Positions 27,512-40,505 of a stretch of 64,000 nucleotides of DNA are shown one piece after another (position 1 is the stretch's first letter; every line of letters begins with the position of its first letter). Source of the DNA: Camelus dromedarius. Its lineage: Eukaryota. Both the position numbers and the translations under genes were made by a program. The stretch covers positions 87,856,001 to 87,920,000 of the forward strand of contig NC_087436.1 of assembly GCF_036321535.1 (NCBI RefSeq), in the 5' to 3' direction. Under the pieces are notes generated by a model. The model did not search any database, was not told the DNA's origin, and saw only the letters and a list, made by a program, of their open reading frames with translations.

Positions 27512-28035
27512 ATTGCGTTGGCAGTTCAGGGACTTTTATGATTCCATATAAATTTTGGAATTGTTTGTTCTAGTTCTGTGAAAAATGTACTTTGACACAG
27601 GGGTTGCTTTGGATCTGTAGATTGATTGGGTATTACGGCCATTTTGATAATGTTGATTCTTCCAATCCAAGAGCACAAGATATCTTTCCATTTCTTTGCA
27701 TCATCTTCAATTTCCTTCATCAATGTTTTACAGTTTTCAGAGTATGGGTAACCTCCTTGGTTAAGTTTATTTCTAGGTATTTTGTTGTTTTTGATGCAAT
27801 GGAAATGTTTAAGCCAGTTATAAAATTCTGGTTTTTGAAGTGGAAAAAAAAGTGAATGAAGGGCTGCAAACGGCAGAATATCATTCTTTCTTATGGGTGA
27901 GTTGTATTTCATTACATATATATATGCTGCATCTTCTTCATCCATTCATCTATTGATGTGAGCTTAAAATGCTTCCATATCTTGGCAATTATAAATAATG
28001 TTGCTATTAATAGCAGATGTATGTATCTTTTTGAA
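27512..28035 (-). mobile_element. Two inverted L1 ORF2 fragments
   Basis: ORF 27526..27945 contains KTLMKEIEDDAKKWKDILCSWIGRINIIKMA and FFTELEQTIPKFIWNHK; 27855-28035 resembles the ORF2 terminus. Confidence 0.9.
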
Positions 28036-29149
28036 TTAATTCTTATTTTGTGGTTGGCTTTATTCCTTTCATAACTATGTAAGTTTAAAAAGTGAAAGCT
28101 CTAAACGTTCTTAGAAACAGTGAACAGTATATATACATAAATTTAAAAAATATGTGCAGTATGTTGTATATATGTATTTACATGCAATGCATTGTATATG
28201 TGCAGTCAAACTGTAACAATTCTACCTAATAAAACTGAAAAATGAAAACAAGAAGATGAAGTTTATTATTTTTCCCTCTCGGACAGTAAAGTTCAATCAG
28301 AAAAGCATGACCACACTAAGTATCACGGGATAGATTATTCATTCTGGAGTTAGACCTTATGCAAATTTGGGAGGAGCTGAGGAACAGAAGGTCCCAAAAG
28401 TACCAGAGAAAAGTACCTGGTTCAGGGGGACAAGTTGGATGCTAGCTGCAACAGTGGCGAGAGAGGCTGGTGGAGAAGTCTCTGGAAGGCCGTCGGCTCT
28501 TTGCGGCTTCCACCTCTGTGAGCTCAAAGCAAAACATTTCCCTGGTGGGTTTGGGGTCACAGCTGGTCAGTAGGGCCAGCATTTGGGAACAAGAGCTGGA
28601 TCTGGAGTGGAGGAATACCAAGAGCAAAGTGGAACCCACCGGCACCACGGTGACTGCCCCTGACTGCCTCTACCAACCTTCAAAAGGCTGTTGCTTCCTT
28701 TCTGCCTCTTAAATATCAAGCAGATTTCTCCTGTGGCCACTGCGACTCTGAATTATACAGGTTATTCTTGCATCTGGGTATCTGGAAAGTGTGGTTCCAA
28801 TTTAGATAAGTTGACATTGTCTGAAGCCACCACAACTTGTCTCAGGGACAAGTACTGTGTGGCTGGAAGCAATAGTTTGATAAGCTGCTTGGGACAGAGT
28901 GTAAGACCGCCAAGTGGTCTGGCTCCAGGTACAACCCATGGTGGCTATGCTGCCTCGGGGGATGTGGGGCTGTCTCCATGCGAGGCTGTTTGGAATGTGC
29001 GTGTGGAATGTGCCGGCTTGGAGCCAGTCCTGAATCGCGGAGGACGTGGGGTGAGGCGGCAGGGTGCCCCCTGCAGCACTTCCTCACAGCCCTTGCCTCG
29101 AGCCTCCGGAAAGGAATGCAGCTCTGGTGACACCTTGATTTTAGCCACG

Positions 29150-29484
29150 TGCTATGGTCTGAATGTTTGTGTCCCCACAAGCTTCATATGTTGAGATCCT
29201 AACCCACAAGGCAGGGGGGTCCTCCAGGAGGTGATCAGGTCAGGAGTGGGGAGCCCATGTGAATGGGATTAGTGCCCTTATGAAAGAAACCCCACAGGGC
29301 TCCCTAGCCCCTCCCACCACGTGACAACACAAGAAGTCTGCAACCCGGAAGACAACCCTCACCCTGTCATGCCGGCATTTTGATCTCAGACTTCTAGGCT
29401 TCGCAACTCTGACAACTAAATTTCTGTTGTGTATAAGCTACACAGCCTGTGGTTTTTGGAATCACAGCCCAAAGGAACTAAGAA
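29150..29484 (+). mobile_element. MaLR LTR (MLT1A/MST-like)
   Basis: tgctatggtctgaatgtttgtgtcccc...gaatgggattagtgcccttat...taaatttctgttgtgtataagc...cagcccaaaggaactaaga. Confidence 0.85.
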
Positions 29485-30185
29485 ATCATCTCCCCTGGCA
29501 GCCTGCTGCCAATGACTCACTGATATCAGGGTCCAAAAGGCCAGCCCACTCGTCCCAAGGGAGGACACACTTTGTCATGCAACTCATGCTCTAGAGCACC
29601 CCATGCGCCAGGCTGCCCCAGCTGAGGCCTCATCCTTGCTTAGCTCCTTCACCTCCTCTCTCCTGCTCTCCTCTCTTCCTTTCCTCTGAGAGCACATCCT
29701 CAGTAAATCATAGGCACCTGAGATCCTGTCTTAGGCTCTTCTTCTAAGGAGTCCCAATCCACGACCCCTCTCTATTGCATTCTCCTCTTCAGCCACACGA
29801 CCCTCTTGCAGTTCCTAGAACCCTGGGCATTGGTTCATGATAAACCTACAAAAGTTTTATTAAGCCCATTTTACAGATGAGGAAACTGAGACACAGAGCT
29901 TAAGAACTTTCTCAAAGGTCATATAGCTTGCAAGTGATGTTTGACTCCATACACTGTGCCACTGCACTACAACAACAGACTGATTTATTTACATTATTAT
30001 TTATTTCCTTATTTACTTTAGTTATTATATGTCTCCTCCCATTAAATACAAGCTCCTAAGGGATACAGATTTTTGTCTGTTAGTCCACTACTGTATCCCC
30101 TAGTACCTAGAGAAGTCCAGGTACCATACTAGGCCCTCAAATATTTATTAAGTTACATAGTTTCTGTGACTTCAAGCTATTCTTC

Positions 30186-30334
30186 GGTGGGGAGGGTACA
30201 GCTCCATGGCAGAACGTATGCTTAGCATGCATGAGGTCCTGGGTTCAAACCCCAATACCTTCATTAAAAGATAAATAAATAAATCTAATCCCCCACCCCT
30301 CCAAAAACAACAACAACAACAGCAGCAAAGATAT
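30186..30334 (+). mobile_element. tRNA-Ala-derived SINE
   Basis: Body and tail as in other copies; imperfect TSD aagct(a/c)ttcttc. Confidence 0.9.
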
Positions 30335-33300
30335 AAGCTCTTCTTCCTTCTGGATGCAAGAGGAAAACAAACTGTAATAAGAGTAGATTGGTTATTCAAA
30401 TTTCAGCCAACATCCATACCATGTCATAAATGCTTCTTCCTTCCCATCTTGATTCAGCTCTGTAATAAGTTGTATGCAATATTTAAGGCACATAGTGATT
30501 GTTTCAATATTTGGTTTCCATTTTAGAACCATGAGTGCCACGCAGCTGTGCAATCGTTGGCTGAGGTAGTGATCTCTGGCATCCCGAATGCCAGAATTTG
30601 CAATGATGTTGTGAAGGCCTTACCAGAGACAATCAAGGCTGGGAGAAGACCTGTATGAATCTAAGTGGAAAGTGCATGGCCACAGTCATTTGTTACTACA
30701 GTCTAGTACTGCTCATTGGGACTTCCGGGAACCCCAAAAATAGCACATCATCCAAGTTCTGAACTACTTGAGAAATAGACCCCCCAAAAATTAGGCACAA
30801 AGAAATAAAAATATGTTTGTCACTAAGAAAGCTGATACTGCAGAATGTGGCTTGGATTTAAGAGCCAAATGTTTTCCTAACACTAAACCCCAGAACCAGA
30901 CAAACTTACTCACAGATGACTCCAGAGTCCCCCAGGCAGGGCCTTGGCCCTATAAACCAATAGCACGAAGGAACAGAGCAGGACAACATATTTTCTGCAG
31001 GTCCACCAGATCCCAAGAAGACTCCAGAGGGAAGGGCTGGCTGCTGTATTCCGATTCTCCTTCTAAATTCAACTGTTAGACAAGCTACTGTATCTCCCCA
31101 AGAAAAGAGTGAGTGATGGTGCGGTGATGGTGCCAGGAGTGTTACATGATGGATATCTCTTTGACAAAAGGAAATAGTAAGAGTGGGAGATAATATTATA
31201 CTTGCAACCAACACTGCCCCATGGGCAATTGGATGAATCTTGAAAGAACTCCAATTACATTTTTGCTTTATGAATTTGGTGTATACGTAATACATAATCG
31301 CTAGCCACTTACAGCTATCATTCTTCTTCTTAGTTACCATAGCTGAGACTTGATTTAAATCACAGAATTGTGCAGCCAAAAGTGAAACTTCAAAGATAAT
31401 CTGGTCTACTGCTCTCCTCTTTATAGATAATGAAACTGAGGCCCAGATGGGTGGGATATTTTGTCCTATAAAATGTAGGCCAGTGGACCAGAGCCAGAGC
31501 TGGGACCTCCTGTTCTCTTTCTTCTCAGTCCGAAGCCTTTATCTAGCCAATGGTCTGTTTTTCCGTTTTTCATCAAATCTTCCCCAGTGCCAAGAAAGAG
31601 AGGAAAGAGAAACCTTCCACCAACAGTAAGAAACAAATATGTAACATACATGTCTATTTCACAGCTAAGATTATGAGGCGGTGGTAAAAGATGAGGTGTT
31701 CAAAGAGAAGACAGCAATCATTTCACTAAATCATGTATAATGAGGGCCTCATCCACTCTCACCGGCCCTTCACAACATGATACCTTGCACTGAAATTTCC
31801 CATCTGTCCCAGTCCACGGCGCAGTAGTCAGCTAAGACTTTGTTCCAGGAGACTTAGCTCTTTACTTTCATAAAATTCAAGAGAACTAGGTGGTTTTTTT
31901 ATATATGAACATAAACTCCAGTATCCTAATGATGTCTGTTTTAAATTATTTATGCACAATGCAAACCTCCTGGGCATTGTTTTTTAAAAATCCTACATTA
32001 CTATGAATCATATGAGCTTCTTCACAACAAATGGTAAAAGAAATGAGTGCTAACTTCAGAAACCCTGAGGAGAGGGAAATCTTATTTCAAGATCCTTTCC
32101 CTTCCTTTAATACAATATGCATGTATTAAGGCTGTGAAATAGGACCCAAATATAAAGGTCATAAATCATCGTGTTTGAAAATAGAAATAAAGACTGTATC
32201 CATCATTATAAATACAATATAGTAATAATGATGTTTTAAATTTTATATATTCATGACTACTGCTGAAGGTATCCAATTTATTTGCTTATCCCAATGCTCT
32301 TCAATATGAAAAGCTAGTGCTGTATTTTAAATGATAGAAAGTTTAGATAGGTACAGAAACTGTCTTGGGGACACGTCGACTGTTTTCAAACTTCTTGTGG
32401 AGACGACTTGCCTGTGTAACAGAGCAAGCAGCAACTTTGCGCCATGAATTATGGGTTAGATGTGCCCACGGCCGCGGTGCTCAGAGACGCAGGTGCTTCT
32501 GTGTACCCTTTGGGTTCCGCAAGTAGGTCAGGCCACTGAGGAGATCGTTATACTTTGCAGCATGAGAAGAATGTGGTTGCTAAGGGAAGAAAAGCCTTAT
32601 CTGATGAACTGCGGTCTCTCCCAGCAAATTCAGGTCACTGCATTATGGAAATGCACTGTGGTATCCTTTTGTGTTGGACTGTATGAAAACTGTTGCAACT
32701 AGATATCTGTAACAGAGAAAAATAGTCCACTGGCCAGGCAAACCTGAACATGGCCCCACGTTCATCAGGTCTGTCTAGAATAGATGATTTGAAAAGATAT
32801 ACAGGAACTTGTGTGTGTGTGTGTGTGTGTGTGTGTTGGCTGTTTGTTTATTTTTTTAAGGAAGTAGCTACTTCAAAGAGAGTTTTTGGTTTCTGTTTAT
32901 TTTTCTGGAAGAGCCTAGCTTTAGTCCAGACTTCCACTCTTCAGAGGCTTAAGATGATTTGGGGGACCCTTTTCCATCAGGAAAAACAAATCATCTTATA
33001 GGGCTAAACATATAAAAAGCCAGGTAGACTGCTGCCCAGTCATGGAAGAAGCAGTTACCAGTTCTAACTGCTAAACTCAACTGTGTTCCAGATTCTCACA
33101 GCAGGGATTTTGATGTTTCACCTCAGTATCCCCAGAACCTGGAACTGGGCCTGACACCTAGGAAGCACTTCATAAATGCTGGTTGGATGAAGCATAAATC
33201 ACTGATTCTAAATTTCAGTCCTGCCTTTATCACAGCTGCCAATGGGATTCTGGGCCAGTGTTTCACCTGTCTGCCTATCAGTTTCCTCAAGGGGAAAAGA

Positions 33301-36300
33301 GGCACCGAAGACCCCTGAGTGATGTGAGCAGTTACCAGACACAGCGTGTGAAGCAGCGTAGCGCTTGTCATTCAATATCAGGGGATTTAAAATTATTTAT
33401 ATGTATATTTTAAAGAAAGCTTTGCTTTTATGAAATTATGATATGGTAACATTATAACAATGTTCTCGTTTCTGAGACTGTCAGTTTGATAGGACAGACC
33501 GTACAAGAGGAACGATGTTCATAGTTTCTCATGACTATAAACTTTAGCTTAACCATTTAGGATTTTCTCTGATACACACCCATTTAATCTTGAAGATTTC
33601 AGCTTCCTCCAGAATCTAAGATACATGTCCTGTTGTAGCATGTCGGAAAGTGCTTAAGGTTCTAAAGCTCAAAAGCTCTTTGTGCATATATTAGGAGAAA
33701 GAAATGAATAGGGAAAAAAACTATTAAACTGTACTAAAGACCCAAATTGATATGAAACACTGAAAAATAAAGCCATTTGAAATATTAATTGAAGTATCGT
33801 ATTTATTTCAATCGTACTATACTGAAAACATAGTTACAGCATCATATTTACTGTCTTTCTACTTTGCTAATGACAAAGGTTAACTGTAGTCCTAAACCAT
33901 CATGCGTCAGACCTGCTTAAAGGGACACATTTATAAATGTATTATAAACACATATTTATATTGTGTATTAATCAGATTTATCTCTCTCCAATGGGTTCTA
34001 TTTCTCTGGAGAGATACAGATATAAACACAGATGTCTGGAGAAGTACCTTGCCCAAGATCACAGTTACTAAATGGTCAAACATGCTCTAGCATCTGGGCA
34101 CTTCCCCACCCTGCCCCAGGGGAAAGTGTACCATCTCCCTACCCATGGACTGTAGATAAGCAGACTTTCAAGTTAACTGGGTCAAGTCCTAAGGATCTAC
34201 TCTGAGATATAATTCAGTTCTTCTAGATTTTATTCTTCAAAACTCACAATTTTTTTTATGCTGGACATAATATTCCACCTTTAAATACTTCAGTATGCAA
34301 CTCACAAATATAAGGACTTCCTACGTAACCAAAATATTTACCATGCCCAATAAGTCACAATATGAGTCATCTCAATGAGTTTTAATATTATTTATGACTC
34401 AAGTCATATTCTAATTTCCATAATCGTTCCCCAAATAGATTCTGTAGCTGTCCAAAACCGTTCTAATCTAGGACCACATGTTGCACTAGTGGTTGGGTCC
34501 CTTACATTGCTTTTCCTTGATAATCACCTCTGTTTTTATGGTGCTGATTTGCAGAGTCCAGGACAGTGGTCCTCTGGAGTGTCTCACCTTCAAGATTTGC
34601 CTGAATGCCTTGTCACAGAGCTTAGCTTGTTCCTGCTTTTCCCCTCTATCATCCGTCTTTCAGACATTCTCCTGATACTTAGAAGGACAGGAAAGTAAGT
34701 CACGTCTGCAGGCTGTTAGAGCAGCCTAGAAGGAAGCCTCTGGAGACTGAAGAGGGGAATATGCAGAAACTAATGACTGAAGGAACACTTTTTTGGATTA
34801 TCCCTAGATTTAATTCATTTGACTAATTCCTAGATGAATGACTGCAAGTAATCAAGAGTAAGGGGGAAAAAACAGCCCAAACAACTTTCATTCTGAGTAA
34901 AGACTAGACTTGCAGGCACAAGGCGGCTTTGTGCAATGGATGCCAATATGCAAAGTAGGATTTGGGGGTTTTGCCCTAACAGGCTTTATCAGATTAGGTG
35001 GGGCTTTGTAATTCAAGTTCTGATTGGACACTCCAATCTTTCCAGAGTCAAAGTGTAAAGCAGCCGGGCTTAGTTGCCTAGGCAACCAACCATGTAAGAC
35101 GGGTGAGTTATAAACTCAAATTGTTGCTAACTTGCAGTCCATGAAAGTCTTTTGAATCTTTGTTCAAAGACAACTCATTTGAATGTGCTTTAAATGCTCA
35201 GGAAATCGCCCCGGAAAACCTTTATTCAAGGTAGCTAAACAAAAACTGCTGTTTCTATGGTATTATTAAAATAGACTGGATACATTTCAAGATGCTTCCC
35301 GCATTCATTTACTCACCAAATATTCTCAGGCCTCCTTTGGCCAGGATCATGGACACATTGCAGATGTGAATTTTAGCTCACTTTACTAGAGTTTAAAAAA
35401 AAGCCATGTTCTTATGTCTCTAAATAAAGTTACATTTGTTCAGAGCCCCCATCCACTCAGGAAATTCAATCTTGTGAATCTGGTGGGGGCAGGGTGGGGA
35501 GGTCACCCTTTTCCTAGGGTCAGGAGAGGGGATCTGGGGCTCTGGCAATAGTCAATGTCAAAATCCACATAGTCCCTAGAAAGCAGTGGCCTCAGCCCAG
35601 TCCTAGATCTTTTGAAGGTGGGGAACTAAATGTTACTTGAACCCTCTCTTGCAGGGCACCCTGGAGATCTTCTGCCCTGAGGTCCTTCCACAGACCAGAG
35701 CTACAGGAGGGAGTGACGTGGCGGTCTTCACAGTTCCAGGACCTGCACACCTCTGCTCCCACCCTAGTCTCTCAAAAAGCTCAAAATCTTCCCTCTAGGA
35801 TCAGTCCATTTATTCTTCTCTCAGCTGGGGCTTTTTTCCTACAACAAAATTCTCCTTAAGTGTGGCATTGTGGATGCCTGTCTCAAGCCTTATCTGTGAA
35901 CCTTCCTTTTTACACCTCTGACGCAAAAGACGTCAACAGTCCTGGAGGTAAAGCCACCCTCAACAAATTTGTTGCAACAGGGAACGCCTTCCATTTATTT
36001 AGGCTGCCAAATGAGTACAAAACAGAAATTAATATCTCGAGGTGATTTCCCAGCCACAGATGTGTAGGTGAGAAAGATTGTCCCTGCCTCCAGGGATCTC
36101 ATGTCTTAAAATAGAGGCAAATAAAGAGGTCATTAAAATACAGCACACAGGAGGGATCCCTGCACCAGAGGCTAGGGAGGGTTTCTCTGGCGGAAGTTGT
36201 TATGAACACTCAAAAACAGCACCCCCTACCTACGTGCCAGGTGCTGACCCAAGCAATTATTTACATAACTATAGATGCACGGCGGGGCTATAACTGGAAC

Positions 36301-36629
36301 CCAGGCAATCTGGCTCCAGAGTGCATGCCCTACATCCCTAGGCACTATGGATGTCTCCAATGAGTCTGGAAGAGGAAGCACGAGGTGCCCCTGCAGAACT
36401 CACGTGTCTGAGGGAGCAGGTAGGGCAGACATGGAACGAAGGTGCCTGGGAGGGGCTGTGGACAGGGAAGTTGGAGTTAACTACCTGAAACAGGCAGAGC
36501 TAAGGAGGCTCCAGCAACTCTTCAGGGCGCTAATGCCTGTTTCCCTGATGCTGAGGAAAGTGAATCAGGTGAGGAGGGCTGACTAGAGAAATGAAGGAAT
36601 TCTCGAAAATTTCTCTCCAGAGTAAATCC

Positions 36630-37472
36630 TCACTGACAACACCAGATGCTGGCAAGGCGCAGAGCAACAGGAACCCTCACTCACTGCTGGTGGGGATGCA
36701 AAATGGTACAGTCACTCTGGCAGTTTCTTACAAAGCTAAACCTGCTCTCAACACACGACCCAACAAGAGTCACACTCCCTGGTACTTACCCGGAGGAGCT
36801 GAAAATACATACTTACGTCCTCACAAAAATCTGAGCACAGATGTTTCTAACGGCTTTACTCATGATCGCCAAAACTTGGGAGAAATTGAGATGTCCTTCA
36901 GGAGGTGAATGCAAATATAAACCATGGTACATCCAGACAGTGGGATATTATTCAGTTCTAAAAAGAAATGAAAAGACATGGGGGAAATTGAATGCATTTT
37001 ACTAAGTGAAAGAAACCTGTCTGAAAAGGCTTCTTACTGTACAATTCCAGTGATATGACATTCTAGAAAAGGGAAAACTATGGAGACAGTGAAAAGATTG
37101 GTGGTTGTCAGGGGTCGGGTCTGGGGGATGGACAGTGACAAACAGGCAGAGCCGGAGGATTTTTAGAGCAGGGAAAATATTCTGTATGATACTATTATGG
37201 TGAATACAAGTCATTCATTATACATTTGTCCAAACCCATAGAGTGTACAACACCGAGTGAACTGTGATGTGAACTATGAACTCTGGGTGACACTGATGTG
37301 TCAAGGCAGGTTCATCAATTGTGACAAATGCATCACTCTGCTGGGGGATGTTGCTAATGGGGGAGGCTCTGCATTAGGAGGGCACGGGGGATGTGGGAAC
37401 TCTCTATACCTCCCTCTCTATTTTGCTATGAACATAAATCTGCTCTAAACAAGAAGTCTATTTTAAAAAACA
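36630..37472 (+). mobile_element. Old L1 (L1MC-like) ORF2 end and 3' UTR
   Basis: actgacaacaccagatgctggcaagg...catacatttgtccaaacccatagagtgtacaacacc...gggaactctctatacc...ttaaaaaa. Confidence 0.85.
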
Positions 37473-38958
37473 AAGTAAGTCTTATCCAACCTTCTGTCAA
37501 TTAGATTTTGATTAATAAGCCTCTCTTCTAAAATAGAATTATGCCCCACAAGGAGCTAAATCTGTTCTTGTATTTGTATCCTGTTGTGAGTATTTTCACC
37601 ATAAACTCAAATTGCTTTTCTCCTGCCCTAGCTCTAGCCAGGTGGGGAGGCTGTTCTAGAGAGAGGCTTGGCTCAGACACCAGGACACAAAGATGACAAC
37701 GCACCCTTGGAATGAGGTCATAATGTCTACCACGAGATATTACTGGCCTCTGCTTGACCACATAGCCTCCCTGCCACATCAGGAATATTCTGGATTTTGC
37801 ACTCAGAGGGCTTTGCATGTCACAGGCTATGGGGAGCAGCTCTGGAATATTAAAGTACTAAATTAACTTTCAGGATGTCCGTCATGGGCATTCATGGGTG
37901 AAATAAAGGCTAGGCCTGTCTCTGGAAGACTGGAGACACAACCAAGTTGATGGACTCATCTTCAGATTTCAGCTTTCCCCTGTCCGGGCCAAAATTATGA
38001 TCCTTGGGGCCAGCTTTGCTTCTTGCTGAGTCTGGCAATCTGAGCATCAAATCCAGATGAAGCTCTCGGTCAATGGCCCAAAAGCTCCAGCTGAGCGCCT
38101 GGCAACACGCCTCCCCTGACGGTGGTGCCAGTTCATCAAGGAAAGCAGGGCCCACGCTCAATCCTTGTGCGACGCCTCCTGTAAACCCACCTGCTCGGCT
38201 CTGGGAGACTTGGCATTGTTTATTCCTCAGAGAGGAAATGAGTGACTCACGAGATGTGGTGACTCACAGAGCCTCTCACAGAACCAGGCAGACAGCAAGT
38301 GGGGAGCTGGGACGAGGAGAAGGATGGCCGGAGGCCGAGAGCTGCTCTGGCCACTCTGGGGCATCCAAGATGCCTGCTCTCCATCCCTGCACACACACCA
38401 GGAAACTTCCCCGCCAGAAAACCGGTCAGAGCCGCTCTTACCCAGCAGGGAAGAGGTGGTTGTGAGTGAGCCCAGAGCTCCTTGGGGCGCTGATCTAGAT
38501 TCCCGCCAGCGTTTTGTTTTTAATTCATCTCCTCCTCCCCTCCATCCGCCCTTCCCCATCAGGGCCGGTTCCTCAGCCAGCCACACTCCTCCAAACTGTT
38601 TGTCTGGTCCTTCTCCCTCGTTGCTGCCTAGGCTTCTGTAGCTGTCTCTTATTTTGCATCCATTTATGTGCACAGTGAGGCTACCGGAGACACACATACT
38701 GTAGCGGTTAAGACCATGAGCAACTAAGGTCTGGATCCCGGCTGTACCTATTCCCGGCTTTGACCTTGGCCACATTACTTCACTTCTCTGGGCCTCATTT
38801 TTCCCACATGTAAAGTTGGACTAATAATAATAATACCTATTTGTCAGGTTGTATAAAAGGCCCTGTAACCACTATGGGAAGGAAGGAAGGAAAAAAGGAG
38901 AAAAAGAGACTGTGAGCCACTTGAAATAAAGGACTAGATACTATTCATTTTTCATTCT

Positions 38959-39026
38959 TTTTTTTTTAACATTTTTTATTGATTTATAATCATTTTACAA
39001 TGTGTCAAATTCCAGTGTTCAGCACA
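38959..39026 (-). mobile_element. 68-bp L1 3' stub with 16-bp TSD
   Basis: TSD attcatttttcattct at 38943-38958 and 39027-39042; T-run followed by antisense L1 tail. Confidence 0.85.
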
Positions 39027-39463
39027 ATTCATTTTTCATTCTGTGCCTCATTAAATTCATTTATTCATTCTGGAGCTCATACAATGTTCCAGTTACTGAG
39101 CAAGGTTGGTCCCTGCCCTCAGGGGGCTCACAGCTATGAGGGGTGACAAGAAATGACACGAGCAGTGGTAACACAGCATGATGACAGACAGGGAAATGCA
39201 CAGCTCTAGAGCCTGGGTTCAAATTCTGGTCCCGTCACTTCCTAGCTATGCAACTGCATGAGTTACTAGCACCTCCGTCATGGGACCAATGTGGGGATGA
39301 AATATACATGCATAACAGATACATATAAACGCACACAAAGATGTAAAATGGGTTTCCACTGCAAAGTGCAATGGGAGCCCAGAAGGTGGAAAAGCGAACT
39401 TGAGTCTGGCCAGGCTGCCAAGAGGAAGTGACTCTGAGGCCCAGGCTTTAAGAATGAGTGAGA

Positions 39464-40505
39464 CCATTGACAAAACAAAAAGACAACCTACTGAATGGGA
39501 GGAGGTATTTGTAAATGAGATGACTGATAAGGGGTTAATATCTAAAACATACAAACAGCTCGTACAACTCAACATCAAAAAAACAAATAGCCCGATTAAA
39601 AAATGGTCAGAAGACCTGAACAGACATTTTTCCAAAGAGGACATGCAGATGACCAACAGGCACATGAAAAATGCTCAGCATTGTTAACCATCAGGGAAAT
39701 GCAAATCAAAACCATGATGAGGTATCACCTCACACCTGTCAGAATGGTTGTCATCAAAAAGAACACAAATAAATGTTGATGAGGATATGGAGAAAAGGGA
39801 AACTTTGTACACTGTTGGTCGAAATGTAAATTGCTGCAGCTACTGTGGAAAGCAGTATGACAGTTTCCTCAAAAAACTAAAAATAGAACAACCATATGAC
39901 CCAGCAATTCCACTCCTGGGTCTATATCCAAAAAATAAAAAATAAAAACACTAATTTGAAAAGATATGTGCACCCCAATGTTCATAGCAGCATTATTTAC
40001 AAGAAGCAACCTGTGTCCATCAACAGATGAATGAATAAAGAAGATGTGGTGTTTATATAATTACATAATGGAATACTACTCAGCCATTAAAAAGAATGAA
40101 ATTCTGTCATTTGCAACAACATGGATGGACTTGGAGGGTATTACACCAAATGAAATAAATCAAACAGAGAAGAAAAACAAATACTGTATGATATCACGTA
40201 TATGCAGAATCTAAAAAATACAACAAACTAGTGAATACATCAAAAGCGAAATAGACTCACAGATATAGAGAACAAACTAGCAGTTACCAGCGGGGAGAAG
40301 GGGCAATACAGGAGATGGGGAGAAAGAGATACAAACTATTATGTATGAAATAAGCTACAAGGATATATTGTACAACACAGGGAATGTAGCCAACATTTTA
40401 TAATAACTATAAATGGAGTATAGCTTTTAAAGATCGTGAATCACTATACTGCATGTCTATTACTTATATAATATTGTACATCAACTGTATTTCCATTTTA
40501 AAGAA
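39464..40505 (+). mobile_element. 5'-truncated L1 (ORF2 C-terminus and 3' UTR) with 14-bp TSD
   Basis: [13 protein letters not shown]...[13 protein letters not shown]...[16 protein letters not shown] aagaatgagtgaga at 39450-39463 and 40506-40519. Confidence 0.95.

Noticed and set aside
28691..29194. 167-aa ORF and the 182-aa ORF at 38227-38775
   Set aside because: They run through LTR or MIR remnants, have no splice or Kozak support, and show no recognisable homology.
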